A stretch of 64,000 nucleotides of DNA from Clostridia bacterium (GTDB lineage: Bacteria > Bacillota > Clostridia > CAKSNL01 > HGM11501): contig CAAFWO010000040.1 of the NCBI GenBank assembly GCA_900766735.1, positions 7,896 to 71,895 on the forward strand, in the 5' to 3' direction. Shown here piece by piece: positions 1-12,768 of the stretch. The notes under the pieces are model-generated. The model had not been told where the DNA came from and searched no databases. It was given only the letters and a program-made list of their open reading frames with translations. A program made the position numbers and the translations under genes. The first letter of the stretch is position 1; each line of letters begins with the position of its first letter.

Positions 1-60
1 TTAATTAAGGAAACGCCTCCTTGCTCTGTGATATAATGCGCAGTAAGGAGGTTGTTTTTT

Positions 61-1093
61 ATGAAAAAAATATTATTAATTGCGTTATCATTACTGCTTA
101 TTTTCTCGCTGGTCACAGTTTCGTATGCCGCAGATACGGTATATAAAGCTGAAGCTTCATGGAAGATCGAGGCAAGCAGTGACAAGAGTACGAGTATAGG
201 AAAAGCGTTTGACGGAGATACGTCCACATACTGGCACACGAATTACACGGTCGGCGAGGACGGGAAAAACATAATTGAGCCCTGTCCGCATACGGTGACC
301 GTGACATTCCCCGAAGCACTTGGAATTGAGGGGATAAGATATATTCCGCGCCAGATGACCGAACAGGACAGATCCGCTTCCCGTATCCGGAACCGTGGAG
401 CTTCCCTTGTCAAAGACTTCCGACGGCAACTTTCTTTTGACCGAAGGCGGCGGTCACGTTTTTCCCAGAACAGCGAACGCAAAATGGAATCCTTGCTTCA
501 TAAACGGAGTTGAGGGAACAATAAGCATTGATGTTGACGCAACAAAGTTTCCGCGCGTGTTAAACAGCGTTAAGTTTTCAAGAAAGGAATCGGGCACAGC
601 TACCGAAGTCAAAAAGGGCGATAAGCTTATAACCTCAGCAAGCTATGTGAACGCTGACATAAACATAATTTATATTGGTGTTAACGGTTGCTGGGGCGAA
701 AATAATAAGGATGGCAAAAACACGGCCGAGGATTCGGAAAATCTCATCGGAACTATCAAAAAAATGATAGAAAACACTCCCGATCCCGAAAAATACCTTG
801 TTATAGGATACACTGTCGGTGAAAAGAACAGCTGGAATGTTCTTGATGAGGAGATGAAGAAAGCATTCGGCGAGCACTATGTTGATGCAAAATCCAATCT
901 TGTAAGTGAAGAAAGCTTAAATGCGAAGGGCGTTACTCCCACGGAAAACGATAAAGCCGACATCGCAAAAGGTGCGGTTCCCGAGTCATTCAGAAAGAGC
1001 GCGGACGATAAGACACACTTAAACGATCTCGGCTATACGGTTCTTGCTGAAGCGGTGTATAAAAAGATCACCGAGCTTGGATATATAAAATAA
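61..1093 (+). pseudogene. secreted two-domain protein: N-terminal discoidin/F5-8 type C-like domain (motif GIRYIPRQ) plus C-terminal SGNH/GDSL-hydrolase-like domain (DxxH block: DDKTHLNDLGY); reading frame broken between ORF 52..513 (frame 1) and ORF 395..1093 (frame 2)
   Basis: ATG at 61 preceded by AGGAGGT RBS (45-51) and a TATAAT at 33-38. N-terminus MKKILLIALSLLLIFSLVTVSYA is a signal peptide. Frame 1 decays into Arg-rich nonsense after ~IPRQ; frame 2 has a stop at 356-358 and then a protein-like sequence. Switch point lies ~350-400, near short homopolymers. Confidence 0.5.
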
Positions 1094-1101
1094 TTTTAAA
1101 A

Positions 1102-1130
1102 GGGTCTGCACGATACGCAGGCCCTTTTTG
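1102..1130 (+). terminator. rho-independent terminator (GGGTCTGC-loop-GCAGGCCC + TTTTT)
   Basis: GC stem with 7-nt loop followed by T-run, directly after stop of upstream gene. Confidence 0.7.
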
Positions 1131-1185
1131 TGACTTATGTATAAAAAAATATCGTTAAATATTAAGCAATTTACCTTTAACACCC

Positions 1186-1214
1186 TTGCCAAACCGAAAA
1201 AATTAATGTATAAT
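1186..1214 (+). promoter_or_regulatory. sigma-A type promoter (TTGCCA -17- TATAAT)
   Basis: -35 at 1186-1191, 17-nt spacer, -10 at 1209-1214, ~20 nt upstream of RBS GGAGG/ATG 1235. Confidence 0.55.
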
Positions 1215-1234
1215 GTGAACATGGAGGAAAAATT

Positions 1235-2182
1235 ATGAACATTACATTTCTTGACTCAAGAGCAATAGGCAGCGATATATCGCTTGACGTATTAAGAGAG
1301 GTCGGCAATCTCACGGTCGAGGAAAGGACCGAACAGGACGAGGTCGCCGAAAAGCTTTCGGATACAGAGGTGCTGATCGTCAACAAATTAAAGCTTGATC
1401 ACGAAAGCCTTAAGAATGCGAAAAAGCTTAAGCTGATCTGCGTAACTGCGACAGGATATGATAATATAGATGTTGACTATTGCAATGAACACGGCATCGG
1501 CGTTTGCAACGTCGTCGGCTATTCCTCCCACAGCGTCGCACAGGTTACCGCCGCGATGGTTCTTTATCTTTCGACACATCTTTTTGAATATACATCATAT
1601 GTAAGAAGCGGCGAATACACAAAAGTCGGCTCACCGAACAAGTTAAGCCCTGTCTTTAATGAATTGTATAAAAAAACCTGGGGAATAATAGGTTACGGCA
1701 ACATAGGAAAAGAAGTCGGCGCTGTTGCCTCTGCACTCGGGTGCGACATATTAAAATACAGAAAAACGAAAGTGCCGGACTGTGTGGACTTAGAATATCT
1801 CCTTGAAAATTCGGATATAATCAGCATACATACACCGCTGACAGATGAAACAAGGGGGCTCATCGGCGAAAAAGAGCTTGATATGATGAAAAAAAGCGCA
1901 ATACTCGTTAATACCTCGCGCGGAGCGGTGACCGATGAAGCGGCAGTGGCAAAGGCCGTGAAGGATGGAAAGATCGCCGCGTTCGGAACGGATGTCTATT
2001 CTCACGAGCCGTTCGGGGAGGACGAGCCGCTTTACGAAATCAAGTCACTACCCAACGTCTGCCTGACTCCGCATATGGCATGGGGCGCATTTGAGGCAAG
2101 AACACGCTGTATCGATGAAATCGCTGAAAATATACGCGATTTTTATGCCGGGGGAACACGCAACAGGGTCGACCTTTATTGA
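1235..2182 (+). CDS. D-isomer-specific 2-hydroxyacid dehydrogenase (glycerate/hydroxypyruvate reductase-like), NAD-binding
   Basis: 315 aa; Rossmann motif GYGNIGKEVG, conserved catalytic His region HTPLTDETRGLI, C-terminal MAWG..EAR motif typical of the D-2-HADH family. Confidence 0.8.
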   Translation: MNITFLDSRAIGSDISLDVLREVGNLTVEERTEQDEVAEKLSDTEVLIVNKLKLDHESLKNAKKLKLICVTATGYDNIDVDYCNEHGIGVCNVVGYSSHSVAQVTAAMVLYLSTHLFEYTSYVRSGEYTKVGSPNKLSPVFNELYKKTWGIIGYGNIGKEVGAVASALGCDILKYRKTKVPDCVDLEYLLENSDIISIHTPLTDETRGLIGEKELDMMKKSAILVNTSRGAVTDEAAVAKAVKDGKIAAFGTDVYSHEPFGEDEPLYEIKSLPNVCLTPHMAWGAFEARTRCIDEIAENIRDFYAGGTRNRVDLY

Positions 2183-2303
2183 ACGATAATAAACATATTT
2201 TGAAATAAAGTTAAGTAGTCGTCACGCAGTGCATAAATTGAATATTGATTTTTAACCATATCTTGGTTTATAATTAAACTATAATGAAAAGGGGCGGTTA
2301 TTA

Positions 2304-2615
2304 ATGGCAAAAGACGCTGTTGAGTTGATAAAAAACGCCGAACAAAGGGCGTATGAGATCGTCAGCAAGGCGAAAGCGGATGCTCAGAAAATGGTCGATG
2401 AGGCACGCGGCGAGAAAGACGCTATAATGAAAAAGAGCATTTCCGAAGCTGAAAATGAGATCGCCAAGCGTGAGATTGACATTAAAAAAGTCTGTGACGA
2501 AAAGTTCCGGGCAGAAGTCGAAGCTTACAGAAAAGAGAACGAAAGGTGCTTTTCCGAACTGGAGGAAAAGATCGGCCGGACTGCCATGAAGATAGTCCCG
2601 GAGATATGTATGTAA
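2304..2615 (+). CDS. V/A-type ATPase small peripheral-stalk subunit (G/H-like), first gene of operon
   Basis: 103 aa highly charged alpha-helical protein (AKDAVELIKNAEQRAYEIVSKAKADAQKMV...) immediately upstream of subunit I; RBS AAAGGGG. Confidence 0.6.
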   Translation: MAKDAVELIKNAEQRAYEIVSKAKADAQKMVDEARGEKDAIMKKSISEAENEIAKREIDIKKVCDEKFRAEVEAYRKENERCFSELEEKIGRTAMKIVPEICM

Positions 2616-2633
2616 CTCGGGGAGGATGACATT

Positions 2634-5064
<2,431 letters not shown>

Positions 5065-5079
5065 TTTAAGGAGGAACTT

Positions 5080-5655
5080 ATGGATCAGCTTGACAAAATT
5101 ATTTCGCACATCGAAGCCGAAGCGAAAAAAGAGGCTGAATCTATCTTGGCGGACGCAAGGATAAAATGCGAAGAACTGATCAAAGACGCAAAAGCCGAGG
5201 CAAAAAAAGAGAAGGATTCAGCTCTTGAAGCGCAGAAATCAAGGGAAGAACGGGAATATGAGGCGACGCTTTCTTCGATTGAACGCGAAAAAAGAATGAT
5301 CAACTTAAGAAACAAAGCAGCCGTAATTGACCGCACAACAGATGAAGCAAAAAAAATCATCGGTAAGATGGATTTTCCCGAATACGAGAAAAACATTCTC
5401 TCGTTAGCCGAAAAATATTCCGATAAAAGCAAAAAAGGCGAGGTCTATATGGCCGATCCCGATATTGAAAAGCTTTCGGACAGGGCGAAGGAAAAGTTTT
5501 CGCTTCTCGGCCTTGAAGTTAAGCCCGGCGGAAACGATTTTCCGAAGGGAATCATCATTAAATACGGAGACGTGGAGGAAACCTGCACTATAGACGCACT
5601 TTTCCGTGAGAAAAAGGAACATCTTAACGATATTATAGCTAAAGAACTACTCTAA
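5080..5655 (+). CDS. ntpE: V/A-type ATPase subunit E
   Basis: 191 aa charged coiled-coil N-terminus (IEAEAKKEAESILADARIK...), operon position. Confidence 0.8.
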   Translation: MDQLDKIISHIEAEAKKEAESILADARIKCEELIKDAKAEAKKEKDSALEAQKSREEREYEATLSSIEREKRMINLRNKAAVIDRTTDEAKKIIGKMDFPEYEKNILSLAEKYSDKSKKGEVYMADPDIEKLSDRAKEKFSLLGLEVKPGGNDFPKGIIIKYGDVEETCTIDALFREKKEHLNDIIAKELL

Positions 5656-5668
5656 AGGGTGATTTGCA

Positions 5669-6631
5669 TTGAACAGCATTGATTACGCTTACAGCGTTGC
5701 ACACATAAGAGCAATTGAAAATTCACTTTTGACGAAAGCCGATTTTGACAATATGCTCACTTTGTCTTACGATAGCGCATTAAGACTGCTGTCCGAAAAG
5801 GGATATGACACAGAATCCGATAAAATCGGAGATATTCTTTTAAAAAGAGTCTCGGACACATGGGAGCTTGTTTTATCCTCGGCCCCGGATAAGTCGCTTT
5901 TGGACATTTTGCTATATGAAAATGACTTTGAGAATTTAAAGACGGTCTTAAAAGGCATTTTCACAGATTCCGAGCTTTATAGGAAGCTTCTTCTGACTCC
6001 GAGCGTATCCGACTGGACGCAAAACAGCTGTTTTATTGCGGAAAAGAACTTTTCCGCCTTGCCGGATGAATTTAAGAAGTGCACAAACGACGCGTTTGAG
6101 ATTTTAGCGCTCTCTTTGGACTCTGACAGAGCGGATGCGATCGTTGATTCTGAATGTATGGCGCTGATGTATCGCCTGGCAAAGAAAAGCGGCAACGATT
6201 TTATCTTAAATATCGTAAAACTGAAAAACACGCTAAAGAACATAAGAACGGCATACAGAGCCGCCGCGGCAAATAAGGGTGCTAACTTTTTAGACCTTGC
6301 GCTGAGTGAGTATTCGTATCTTAATAAGAATGCGCTGATCAAAGCCGCGCTCGAAGGAACTGACGCGGTGGCAGATGTCCTCTCATCCGACGGATACGGT
6401 GATGCGGCCGCATTCATAAAGGATTCATATTCCCGGTTTGAGGTCTATGCTGATGATAAAATAAGCGATACCGCAAAAAATTCGATCTATACATCGTTCG
6501 GTGTTGAGCCTTTGATAGCATATCTTTTTAAGGTTATGACAGAGGTTAAAAACATCAGGATAATATTGACCGCCAAGACAAATAAAATTGACGAAGGCGA
6601 GATAAGGGCGCGGATGCGCGCCCTTGTATGA
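5669..6631 (+). CDS. ntpC: V/A-type ATPase subunit C (d-subunit)
   Basis: 320 aa, TTG start; N-terminus YAYSVAHIRAIENSLL typical of subunit C/d family. Confidence 0.8.
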   Translation: MNSIDYAYSVAHIRAIENSLLTKADFDNMLTLSYDSALRLLSEKGYDTESDKIGDILLKRVSDTWELVLSSAPDKSLLDILLYENDFENLKTVLKGIFTDSELYRKLLLTPSVSDWTQNSCFIAEKNFSALPDEFKKCTNDAFEILALSLDSDRADAIVDSECMALMYRLAKKSGNDFILNIVKLKNTLKNIRTAYRAAAANKGANFLDLALSEYSYLNKNALIKAALEGTDAVADVLSSDGYGDAAAFIKDSYSRFEVYADDKISDTAKNSIYTSFGVEPLIAYLFKVMTEVKNIRIILTAKTNKIDEGEIRARMRALV

Positions 6632-6956
6632 GGTGATTATATTGCGCGACATATGTATTATAGGCGACTATGACAGTGTGTGCGGCTACGGTGTGCTCGG
6701 AATTAAGGTCTACGCGGTTTCAGACAAAATTGACGCGGCCGATATATTAAAAAAGACGGCCGTGACCGCAAAGATCATATTAATAACAGAGCCTCTTGCC
6801 GAGGTGCTTCAAAACGAAATTGATCTTATGAAAGATAAGGCGCTTCCGGCAGTGATTCCCGTTCCTTCGCTTACCGGCAGTTCGGGTTTTGCAAAAGCAC
6901 GCATTTCGGAAGCTGTCAAACAGGCGGTTGGCTCCGATATTTCTTTCGGAGAATAA
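6624..6956 (+). CDS. ntpF: V/A-type ATPase subunit F
   Basis: 110 aa small subunit between C and A; overlaps C stop by 8 nt. Confidence 0.75.
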   Translation: MYEVIILRDICIIGDYDSVCGYGVLGIKVYAVSDKIDAADILKKTAVTAKIILITEPLAEVLQNEIDLMKDKALPAVIPVPSLTGSSGFAKARISEAVKQAVGSDISFGE

Positions 6957-6981
6957 TAAATACTGAAACGGAGAGTTAGAT

Positions 6982-8751
6982 ATGCCAAAAGGAAAAATCA
7001 CAAAGGTTTCCGGCCCGCTGGTTATTGCATCCGGCATGAGGGATGCGGATATGTATGATGTTGTGAAAGTCAGCAAATTGGGACTTATCGGCGAAATAAT
7101 CGAAATGCACGGCGATAAGGCGTCGATTCAGGTTTATGAGGAAACTTCCGGTCTCGGCCCGGGGGAGGACGTTATTTCAACCGGCGCTCCGCTTTCCGTG
7201 GAGCTCGGCCCCGGCCTTATCGGCGGAATATATGACGGAATTCAGCGCCCGCTTAAGGCTATTATGGAAAAGGTAGGGACAAACCTTGAACGCGGTGTCA
7301 GTGTTCATTCGCTCGACCGTGAAAAGGTTTGGCACTTTGATGCGGCGGCAAATGTCGGCGACAAGGTCGTTCCAGGCGATATTTTGGGAACGGTTAACGA
7401 GACGGACGCGGTCGTTCACAAAATTATGGTTCCCAACGGCGTGGCCGGTGTCATTTCCGAAATCAAATCCGGAGACTATAAGCTTGACGACACGGTTTAT
7501 AAGATAAAAAACGATAAGGGCGAAGAAAAAGAATATACCCTTATGCAAAAGTGGCCTGTCAGAGTCGGCAGACCGTATAAAAAGAAGCTGATTCCGACTG
7601 TTCCGCTTGTATCTGGTCAGAGAAGTATCGACACACTGTTTCCGATCGCAAAGGGCGGTATCGCGGCGATTCCCGGCCCTTTCGGAAGCGGAAAGACGGT
7701 CGTTCAGCACCAGCTTGCAAAGTGGGCGGACGCGGATATTATCGTATATATCGGCTGCGGAGAGCGCGGAAACGAAATGACCGACGTTCTTAATGAGTTC
7801 CCGGAGATCAAAGATCCCAAAACGGGAAAGACACTTATGGAAAGAACCGTTCTTATCGCAAACACGTCCGATATGCCCGTTGCGGCGCGTGAAGCCTCGG
7901 TATATACCGGAATCACGATTGCCGAATATTTCAGAGATATGGGCTATTCCGTCGCACTGATGGCGGATTCCACATCAAGATGGGCAGAGGCGCTTCGTGA
8001 AATGAGCGGCCGCCTTGAAGAAATGCCCGGTGAGGAAGGCTATCCTGCATACCTCGGAAGCAGACTCGCGCAGTTCTATGAAAGAGCCGGCCATGTTGTC
8101 TGCAACGGAAGTGACGACAGGGAAGGCGCGCTTTCGGCAATCGGCGCAGTTTCACCTCCCGGAGGCGACATTTCAGAGCCTGTTTCTCAGGCGACGTTAA
8201 GAATAGTAAAGGTTTTCTGGGGACTCGATTCAGCGCTTGCGTATAAGAGGCATTTCCCGGCCATCAACTGGCTTAAGAGCTATTCATTATACACCGACTC
8301 TTTGAAAAACTGGTTCTGCGAGAATATCGCGTCTGACTGGTTTGATCAAAGAGCGAGAATAATGCGCATCCTTCAGGACGAGGCAGAGCTTGAGGAAATC
8401 GTCCAGCTCGTCGGAATCGACGCGCTGTCCTCTAACGACAGATTAAAGCTTGAGGTTGCCCGTTCAATAAGAGAGGACTATCTGCATCAGGACGCATTCC
8501 ACGAGGTGGACACCTATGCGTCGCTTGATAAGCAGTACATTATGATGGAACTCATTTTGAAGTTTTACGACCTGGCGCTTTCTGCGCTTGATAACGGAGC
8601 GGATATTAAAAAGCTGATCTCCTTGCCTGTAAGAGAGGCGATCGGAAGATTTAAATACACTCCGGAGAGCGAAATGCGCTCGGAATTTGACAGCGTGATT
8701 GCTGAAATGAAGAGTGAAATTGACGATCTGACGAAAGGGGATGAGCACTGA
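6982..8751 (+). CDS. ntpA: V/A-type ATPase catalytic subunit A
   Basis: 589 aa; Walker A GPFGSGKT, non-homologous insert region typical of A subunits. Confidence 0.95.
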   Translation: MPKGKITKVSGPLVIASGMRDADMYDVVKVSKLGLIGEIIEMHGDKASIQVYEETSGLGPGEDVISTGAPLSVELGPGLIGGIYDGIQRPLKAIMEKVGTNLERGVSVHSLDREKVWHFDAAANVGDKVVPGDILGTVNETDAVVHKIMVPNGVAGVISEIKSGDYKLDDTVYKIKNDKGEEKEYTLMQKWPVRVGRPYKKKLIPTVPLVSGQRSIDTLFPIAKGGIAAIPGPFGSGKTVVQHQLAKWADADIIVYIGCGERGNEMTDVLNEFPEIKDPKTGKTLMERTVLIANTSDMPVAAREASVYTGITIAEYFRDMGYSVALMADSTSRWAEALREMSGRLEEMPGEEGYPAYLGSRLAQFYERAGHVVCNGSDDREGALSAIGAVSPPGGDISEPVSQATLRIVKVFWGLDSALAYKRHFPAINWLKSYSLYTDSLKNWFCENIASDWFDQRARIMRILQDEAELEEIVQLVGIDALSSNDRLKLEVARSIREDYLHQDAFHEVDTYASLDKQYIMMELILKFYDLALSALDNGADIKKLISLPVREAIGRFKYTPESEMRSEFDSVIAEMKSEIDDLTKGDEH

Positions 8752-10130
8752 TGCCGAAAGAATATCGCACAATACAAGAGGTTGCAGGACCTCTGATGCT
8801 CGTTAAGGACGTCGATCATGCATCATACAACGAAATCGGTGAAATTGAGCTTGCGTCCGGCGATATAAGGCGTTGCCGCGTCCTTGAGGTCAACAATTCG
8901 GACGTATTAGTTCAGCTTTTCGAAAACAGCGCCGGAATCAACCTTCAGAACAGTAAGGTTCGCTTCCTTGGGCGCGGAATAGAGCTCGGCGTGTCTGAGG
9001 ATATGCTCGGCCGAGTGTTTGACGGAATGGGAAACCCGATAGACGGCGGCCCGGAAATAATCCCCGAAAAACGAATCGACATAAACGGTGTGCCGATGAA
9101 TCCGGCGGCGCGTGACTATCCGTCCGAGTTTATCGAAACCGGAGTTTCCGCTATTGACGGCCTTAACACGCTCGTACGCGGACAGAAGCTCCCGATCTTT
9201 TCCGGAAGCGGACTCCCGCATGCAAGCCTTGCGGCGCAGATCGCCCGTCAGGCCAAGGTAAAGGGCAAAGATGAAAAGTTTGCCGTTGTTTTCGCGGCAA
9301 TGGGCATAACATTCGAAGAAGCCGATTTCTTCAAGCAGGAATTTATCAAAACAGGAGCGATGGAGCGCACAGTTCTTTTCGTAAACCTTGCAAACGACCC
9401 CGCGATTGAGAGGATCGCAACGCCGAAAATGGCGCTCACCGCCGCGGAATATCTCGCGTTTGACCGCGGAATGCACGTTCTTGTTATTATGACCGATATT
9501 ACAAACTATGCCGACGCATTGCGTGAGATCTCCGCCGCACGAAAGGAAGTGCCCGGAAGACGCGGCTATCCCGGCTATATGTATACCGACCTTGCGACGC
9601 TTTATGAGCGCGCTGGAAGGCTTAAGGGCAAGGACGGTTCGATAACACTTATCCCGATTCTCACCATGCCGGAGGACGACAAGACTCACCCGATTCCCGA
9701 TCTTACGGGCTATATCACGGAAGGGCAGATTATTTTATCGCGGGAGCTTTACAGAAAGAACATTGAACCTCCGATAAACGTTTTGCCTTCGCTTTCCAGA
9801 CTTAAGGATAAAGGAATAGGCGAGGGGAAGACGAGAGCCGACCATGCCAACACGATGAACCAGCTTTTTGCCGCCTATGCAAGAGGAAAGGACGCAAAGG
9901 AACTGATGTCGATCCTCGGCGAGGCCGCCCTTTCGGATGTGGACAAGCTTTATGCCGAGTTTGCCGAGCGTTTCGAAGAGGAATATGTGTCTCAGGGGTA
10001 TTATAACGACCGGTCGATTGAGGAGACGCTTGAAATCGGCTGGAAGCTCCTTTCGATACTTCCGAAGAGTGAGCTTAAGCGAATCAAGAGCGAATATATC
10101 GAAAAATATTATAAGGGTAACGAACAATGA
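8751..10130 (+). CDS. ntpB: V/A-type ATPase subunit B (regulatory)
   Basis: 459 aa; F1/V1 alpha/beta fold without canonical P-loop (SGSGLPH), ATGA overlap with A. Confidence 0.95.
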   Translation: MPKEYRTIQEVAGPLMLVKDVDHASYNEIGEIELASGDIRRCRVLEVNNSDVLVQLFENSAGINLQNSKVRFLGRGIELGVSEDMLGRVFDGMGNPIDGGPEIIPEKRIDINGVPMNPAARDYPSEFIETGVSAIDGLNTLVRGQKLPIFSGSGLPHASLAAQIARQAKVKGKDEKFAVVFAAMGITFEEADFFKQEFIKTGAMERTVLFVNLANDPAIERIATPKMALTAAEYLAFDRGMHVLVIMTDITNYADALREISAARKEVPGRRGYPGYMYTDLATLYERAGRLKGKDGSITLIPILTMPEDDKTHPIPDLTGYITEGQIILSRELYRKNIEPPINVLPSLSRLKDKGIGEGKTRADHANTMNQLFAAYARGKDAKELMSILGEAALSDVDKLYAEFAERFEEEYVSQGYYNDRSIEETLEIGWKLLSILPKSELKRIKSEYIEKYYKGNEQ

Positions 10131-10780
10131 GCGTTTTAAATGTAAACCCCACCAGAATGGAGCTCACGAACCTTAAAAAGAAGCTCGCCGTCGCGAGAAA
10201 GGGCCATAAGCTCCTTAAGGATAAGCGCGACGAGATGATGCGACGGTTTTTGGATATTGTAAAAGAAAACCGTTCGCTTCGCGACGAAGTGGAACACGAG
10301 CTTCTCTCTGCGGAAAAAAAGATTATGCTCGCAAAGGCCGTGATGGGTGAAAAGACGCTCACATCGTCGCTCATGCTTCCGAAAAGCCGCGCGGCATTGG
10401 CTCTCGGCGAAAAGAATATTATGAGCGTTCCGATTCCGGAGTTTCGCCTTTTGGATAAGGGCGAAAACGTTCTGCCATACGGCTTTGCAACAACGGCCGG
10501 TGAGCTTGACGAGGGTATTTTTGCCCTTGAGGATACTATGCCGAAACTTATCAAGCTCGCGGAATCCGAAAACGCGATCGAGCTTCTCGCATCGGAAATC
10601 GAGAAGACAAGGCGCAGAGTTAACGCCTTGGAGCATGTCATGATACCGAATTATGAGGACACGATAAAGTATATCACGATGAAGCTTGACGAAAACGAGC
10701 GCTCGAATACGGCGCGGCTCATGAAGGTCAAGGATATGATGATCGAAGAAACAATTGAAGAAAAACGCGCAGCTCAGTAA
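10127..10780 (+). CDS. ntpD: V/A-type ATPase subunit D (central stalk)
   Basis: 217 aa, N-terminus [20 protein letters not shown] conserved in subunit D. Confidence 0.9.
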   Translation: MSVLNVNPTRMELTNLKKKLAVARKGHKLLKDKRDEMMRRFLDIVKENRSLRDEVEHELLSAEKKIMLAKAVMGEKTLTSSLMLPKSRAALALGEKNIMSVPIPEFRLLDKGENVLPYGFATTAGELDEGIFALEDTMPKLIKLAESENAIELLASEIEKTRRRVNALEHVMIPNYEDTIKYITMKLDENERSNTARLMKVKDMMIEETIEEKRAAQ

Positions 10781-10785
10781 GTGCG

Positions 10786-10817
10786 AAAAAAACTCTGTAA
10801 TCATTACAGAGTTTTTT
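10786..10817 (+). terminator. rho-independent terminator of the V-ATPase operon
   Basis: CTCTGTA-ATCAT-TACAGAG hairpin flanked by A6 and T6. Confidence 0.75.
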
Positions 10818-10930
10818 ATGTTTTAAATTATGCAAAAAATCAATTTTGTGCTAAATCTTGACAAAGTTTACCATGGATGCTACAATAATTACAGTCGATC
10901 TTTGATTGGCTGCGATTGTGAAAAGCTTAG

Positions 10931-11098
10931 AATGGTCAAGGGTACAAGGATAACAACGGAAATATATGGAAAAAAGATCAGCTTCATAAAGATCATTGGG
11001 ATATAACCGACAGGCATGGCAATAAGATTAGAGAGGTGGATTTTAACGGAAATGAAATTTGGCCAAATGGACCTAAAAACAAAAATAAGTTGCCGTAA
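10931..11098 (+). pseudogene. start-less 3' remnant of a polymorphic-toxin C-terminal domain (…YKDNNGNIWKKDQLHKDHWDITDRHGNKIREVDFNGNEIWPNGPKNKNKLP*)
   Basis: 56 in-frame codons with no start (stop at 10928-30 immediately upstream); His/Asp-rich DHWD…HGN motif reminiscent of HNH/His-Me-finger type toxin tails; sits at the left edge of the AT-rich island directly before a small ORF. Confidence 0.4.
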
Positions 11099-11124
11099 CT
11101 TATATATGAAAGCGGGTGAATAAG

Positions 11125-11685
11125 ATGAGGGTTGTTGATGGTCCGAAGTTGGAGAGAATAAAGGCAAATAACGGTTTTTTTGATTTTGATAAATTAGAAT
11201 CTGATTACGGTTTGAAGAGCAGGATAGAATTTGATAATTCGAAAAAAAGCGTGACATATTCGGACATACAATTCGGAGTAAGCGCAATAGAGGTTGATGA
11301 AAGAGCAAAATGCCTTAAATACATAGTGAAAGAACTGCTTGCACTATTTGGATGCAATGGGGTTATTTCAAGGTATAATGAAAAATGGGTTTTAAACCGG
11401 CTTAAATCTAAATCGTTATATGATTGTTTTAAAAAACAAAGGCTCTCAATTTGTTTCGACGGAGGAATTTTGATTCCGGATGACTATGTGGCAATGTTGA
11501 TTATTGATTCAATTTTAAAATATAATTGCTTTGCTTTATTCATACTCGAAAATTGCGTTTTGGCTCCGACCGATCACATGGATATATTCATATGGTATAC
11601 TGATGAAAGTAAACAAAAAAAGATTAATGATATTATTTGTGACCTTAATCGAGATGATCTGATAGTCGTTACTGAACAAAAATAA
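11125..11685 (+). CDS. hypothetical protein (candidate immunity protein for the upstream toxin remnant)
   Basis: ~186 aa ORF (track ORF 11116..11685; first ATG at 11125), AT-rich, starts 27 nt after the toxin-tail stop. Confidence 0.45.
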   Translation: MRVVDGPKLERIKANNGFFDFDKLESDYGLKSRIEFDNSKKSVTYSDIQFGVSAIEVDERAKCLKYIVKELLALFGCNGVISRYNEKWVLNRLKSKSLYDCFKKQRLSICFDGGILIPDDYVAMLIIDSILKYNCFALFILENCVLAPTDHMDIFIWYTDESKQKKINDIICDLNRDDLIVVTEQK

Positions 11686-11720
11686 TATTATAAAGGGGCT
11701 GATAGGGTGGCGGTGATTAA

Positions 11721-12227
11721 TTGCATAAAAGATATTTTATTTCAAAATATAATCCAATGTTGTGGTCTAAAGAAGGGATATACCTTGGAGACGAATGGAC
11801 AAGCATAGGGGATTTAAGGAAAACAGGGAAATCGCTTATCAACGATCAAGAATATTTGGGCGTTGAACAAAGGTATATAGATTGTGTTTTGTATTTAATG
11901 AACAAAAGTAATATAGATTTTTTATATATTGCTGATTTGGCAATGTCTGGTATATCAGATGATGTGCGAATACATAATTTATATGATCATAACACAATGA
12001 ATTTTTACAATAAAATCGCTGAAGGAATGAGGGTGGATTCGGGTAACATTAAATATGTAATGAGGCTCATGTTGCGTTGTAATATTGATTGCCGCTTGTA
12101 TTCACGCAAAAAGCATTTCATTGTAATTGTATCAGACGAAATGTATATGCATGTTATATGCGCACGGTTGTTTGACACAGATATAAAAAAGGTTGAAAGC
12201 CTGGGACTATTTGTTCTCAATGAGTAA
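11721..12227 (+). CDS. hypothetical protein, paralog A of tandem pair
   Basis: 168 aa; shares motifs with next ORF: W-T-x-I-x-D-[IL]-x-[RK]-T, EYLM, [KR][IL]AEG..VD..I..V..LMLR..I.CRLY[SA]R..HFI, HI[I]C. Confidence 0.55.
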   Translation: MHKRYFISKYNPMLWSKEGIYLGDEWTSIGDLRKTGKSLINDQEYLGVEQRYIDCVLYLMNKSNIDFLYIADLAMSGISDDVRIHNLYDHNTMNFYNKIAEGMRVDSGNIKYVMRLMLRCNIDCRLYSRKKHFIVIVSDEMYMHVICARLFDTDIKKVESLGLFVLNE

Positions 12228-12233
12228 AGAGAA

Positions 12234-12725
12234 ATGAAAATGAACTATAAGAAGTATATCTTATCCCGCAATGGTTTGGAACATAATGATAATTGGACTG
12301 AAATAAGTGATATCGGAAGAACATTTGGCGGCGAAGTATTGACAGATGAGATCTATAGCAAGGGAGAGGATTGCTATGTGAGAGCTATGGAATATTTGAT
12401 GGAAGTCAACGGTATCCATTCATTACGCATAGGCGAACTTAGTAAGTTTGATAATGATTATGAAGAAAAATACAACTCACTTTACAGTGAAAGTATATTA
12501 TCGTTAAAAATGAGGCTGGCAGAAGGGTATGAGGTTGACAAAAAGTATATCGGAGATGTGGTAAAATTAATGCTACGCGGCGATATATGGTGCAGGCTGT
12601 ATGCACGTAATGCTCACTTTATTGCTGATGTTGGATACGATTTTTCTATACATATAATATGTAAAAAAATGAAAAAAAGAGAATTCAAAAATATTCAGGC
12701 TATTATGTCAAAATCCATAAAATGA
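12234..12725 (+). CDS. hypothetical protein, paralog B of tandem pair
   Basis: 163 aa; collinear similarity to 11721..12227 over the whole length. Confidence 0.55.
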   Translation: MKMNYKKYILSRNGLEHNDNWTEISDIGRTFGGEVLTDEIYSKGEDCYVRAMEYLMEVNGIHSLRIGELSKFDNDYEEKYNSLYSESILSLKMRLAEGYEVDKKYIGDVVKLMLRGDIWCRLYARNAHFIADVGYDFSIHIICKKMKKREFKNIQAIMSKSIK

Positions 12726-12768
12726 AACGTGATATTAAATACTAACATTGTCGGGATAAAGGCTTGAA

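Noticed and set aside
8907-10804. Long minus-strand ORFs (260 aa at 8907..9689, 222 aa at 10136..10804) antisense to V-ATPase B and D genes
   Set aside because: These are shadow ORFs in GC-balanced coding DNA. They are Arg/Cys-rich, have no RBS, and lie wholly within well-supported sense genes.
10889-11308. 139-aa minus-strand ORF spanning the left island border
   Set aside because: It has low-complexity hydrophobic/Ser-rich composition and overlaps the plus-strand toxin-tail frame and the start of ORF 11125. It has no RBS and is likely spurious in AT-rich DNA.
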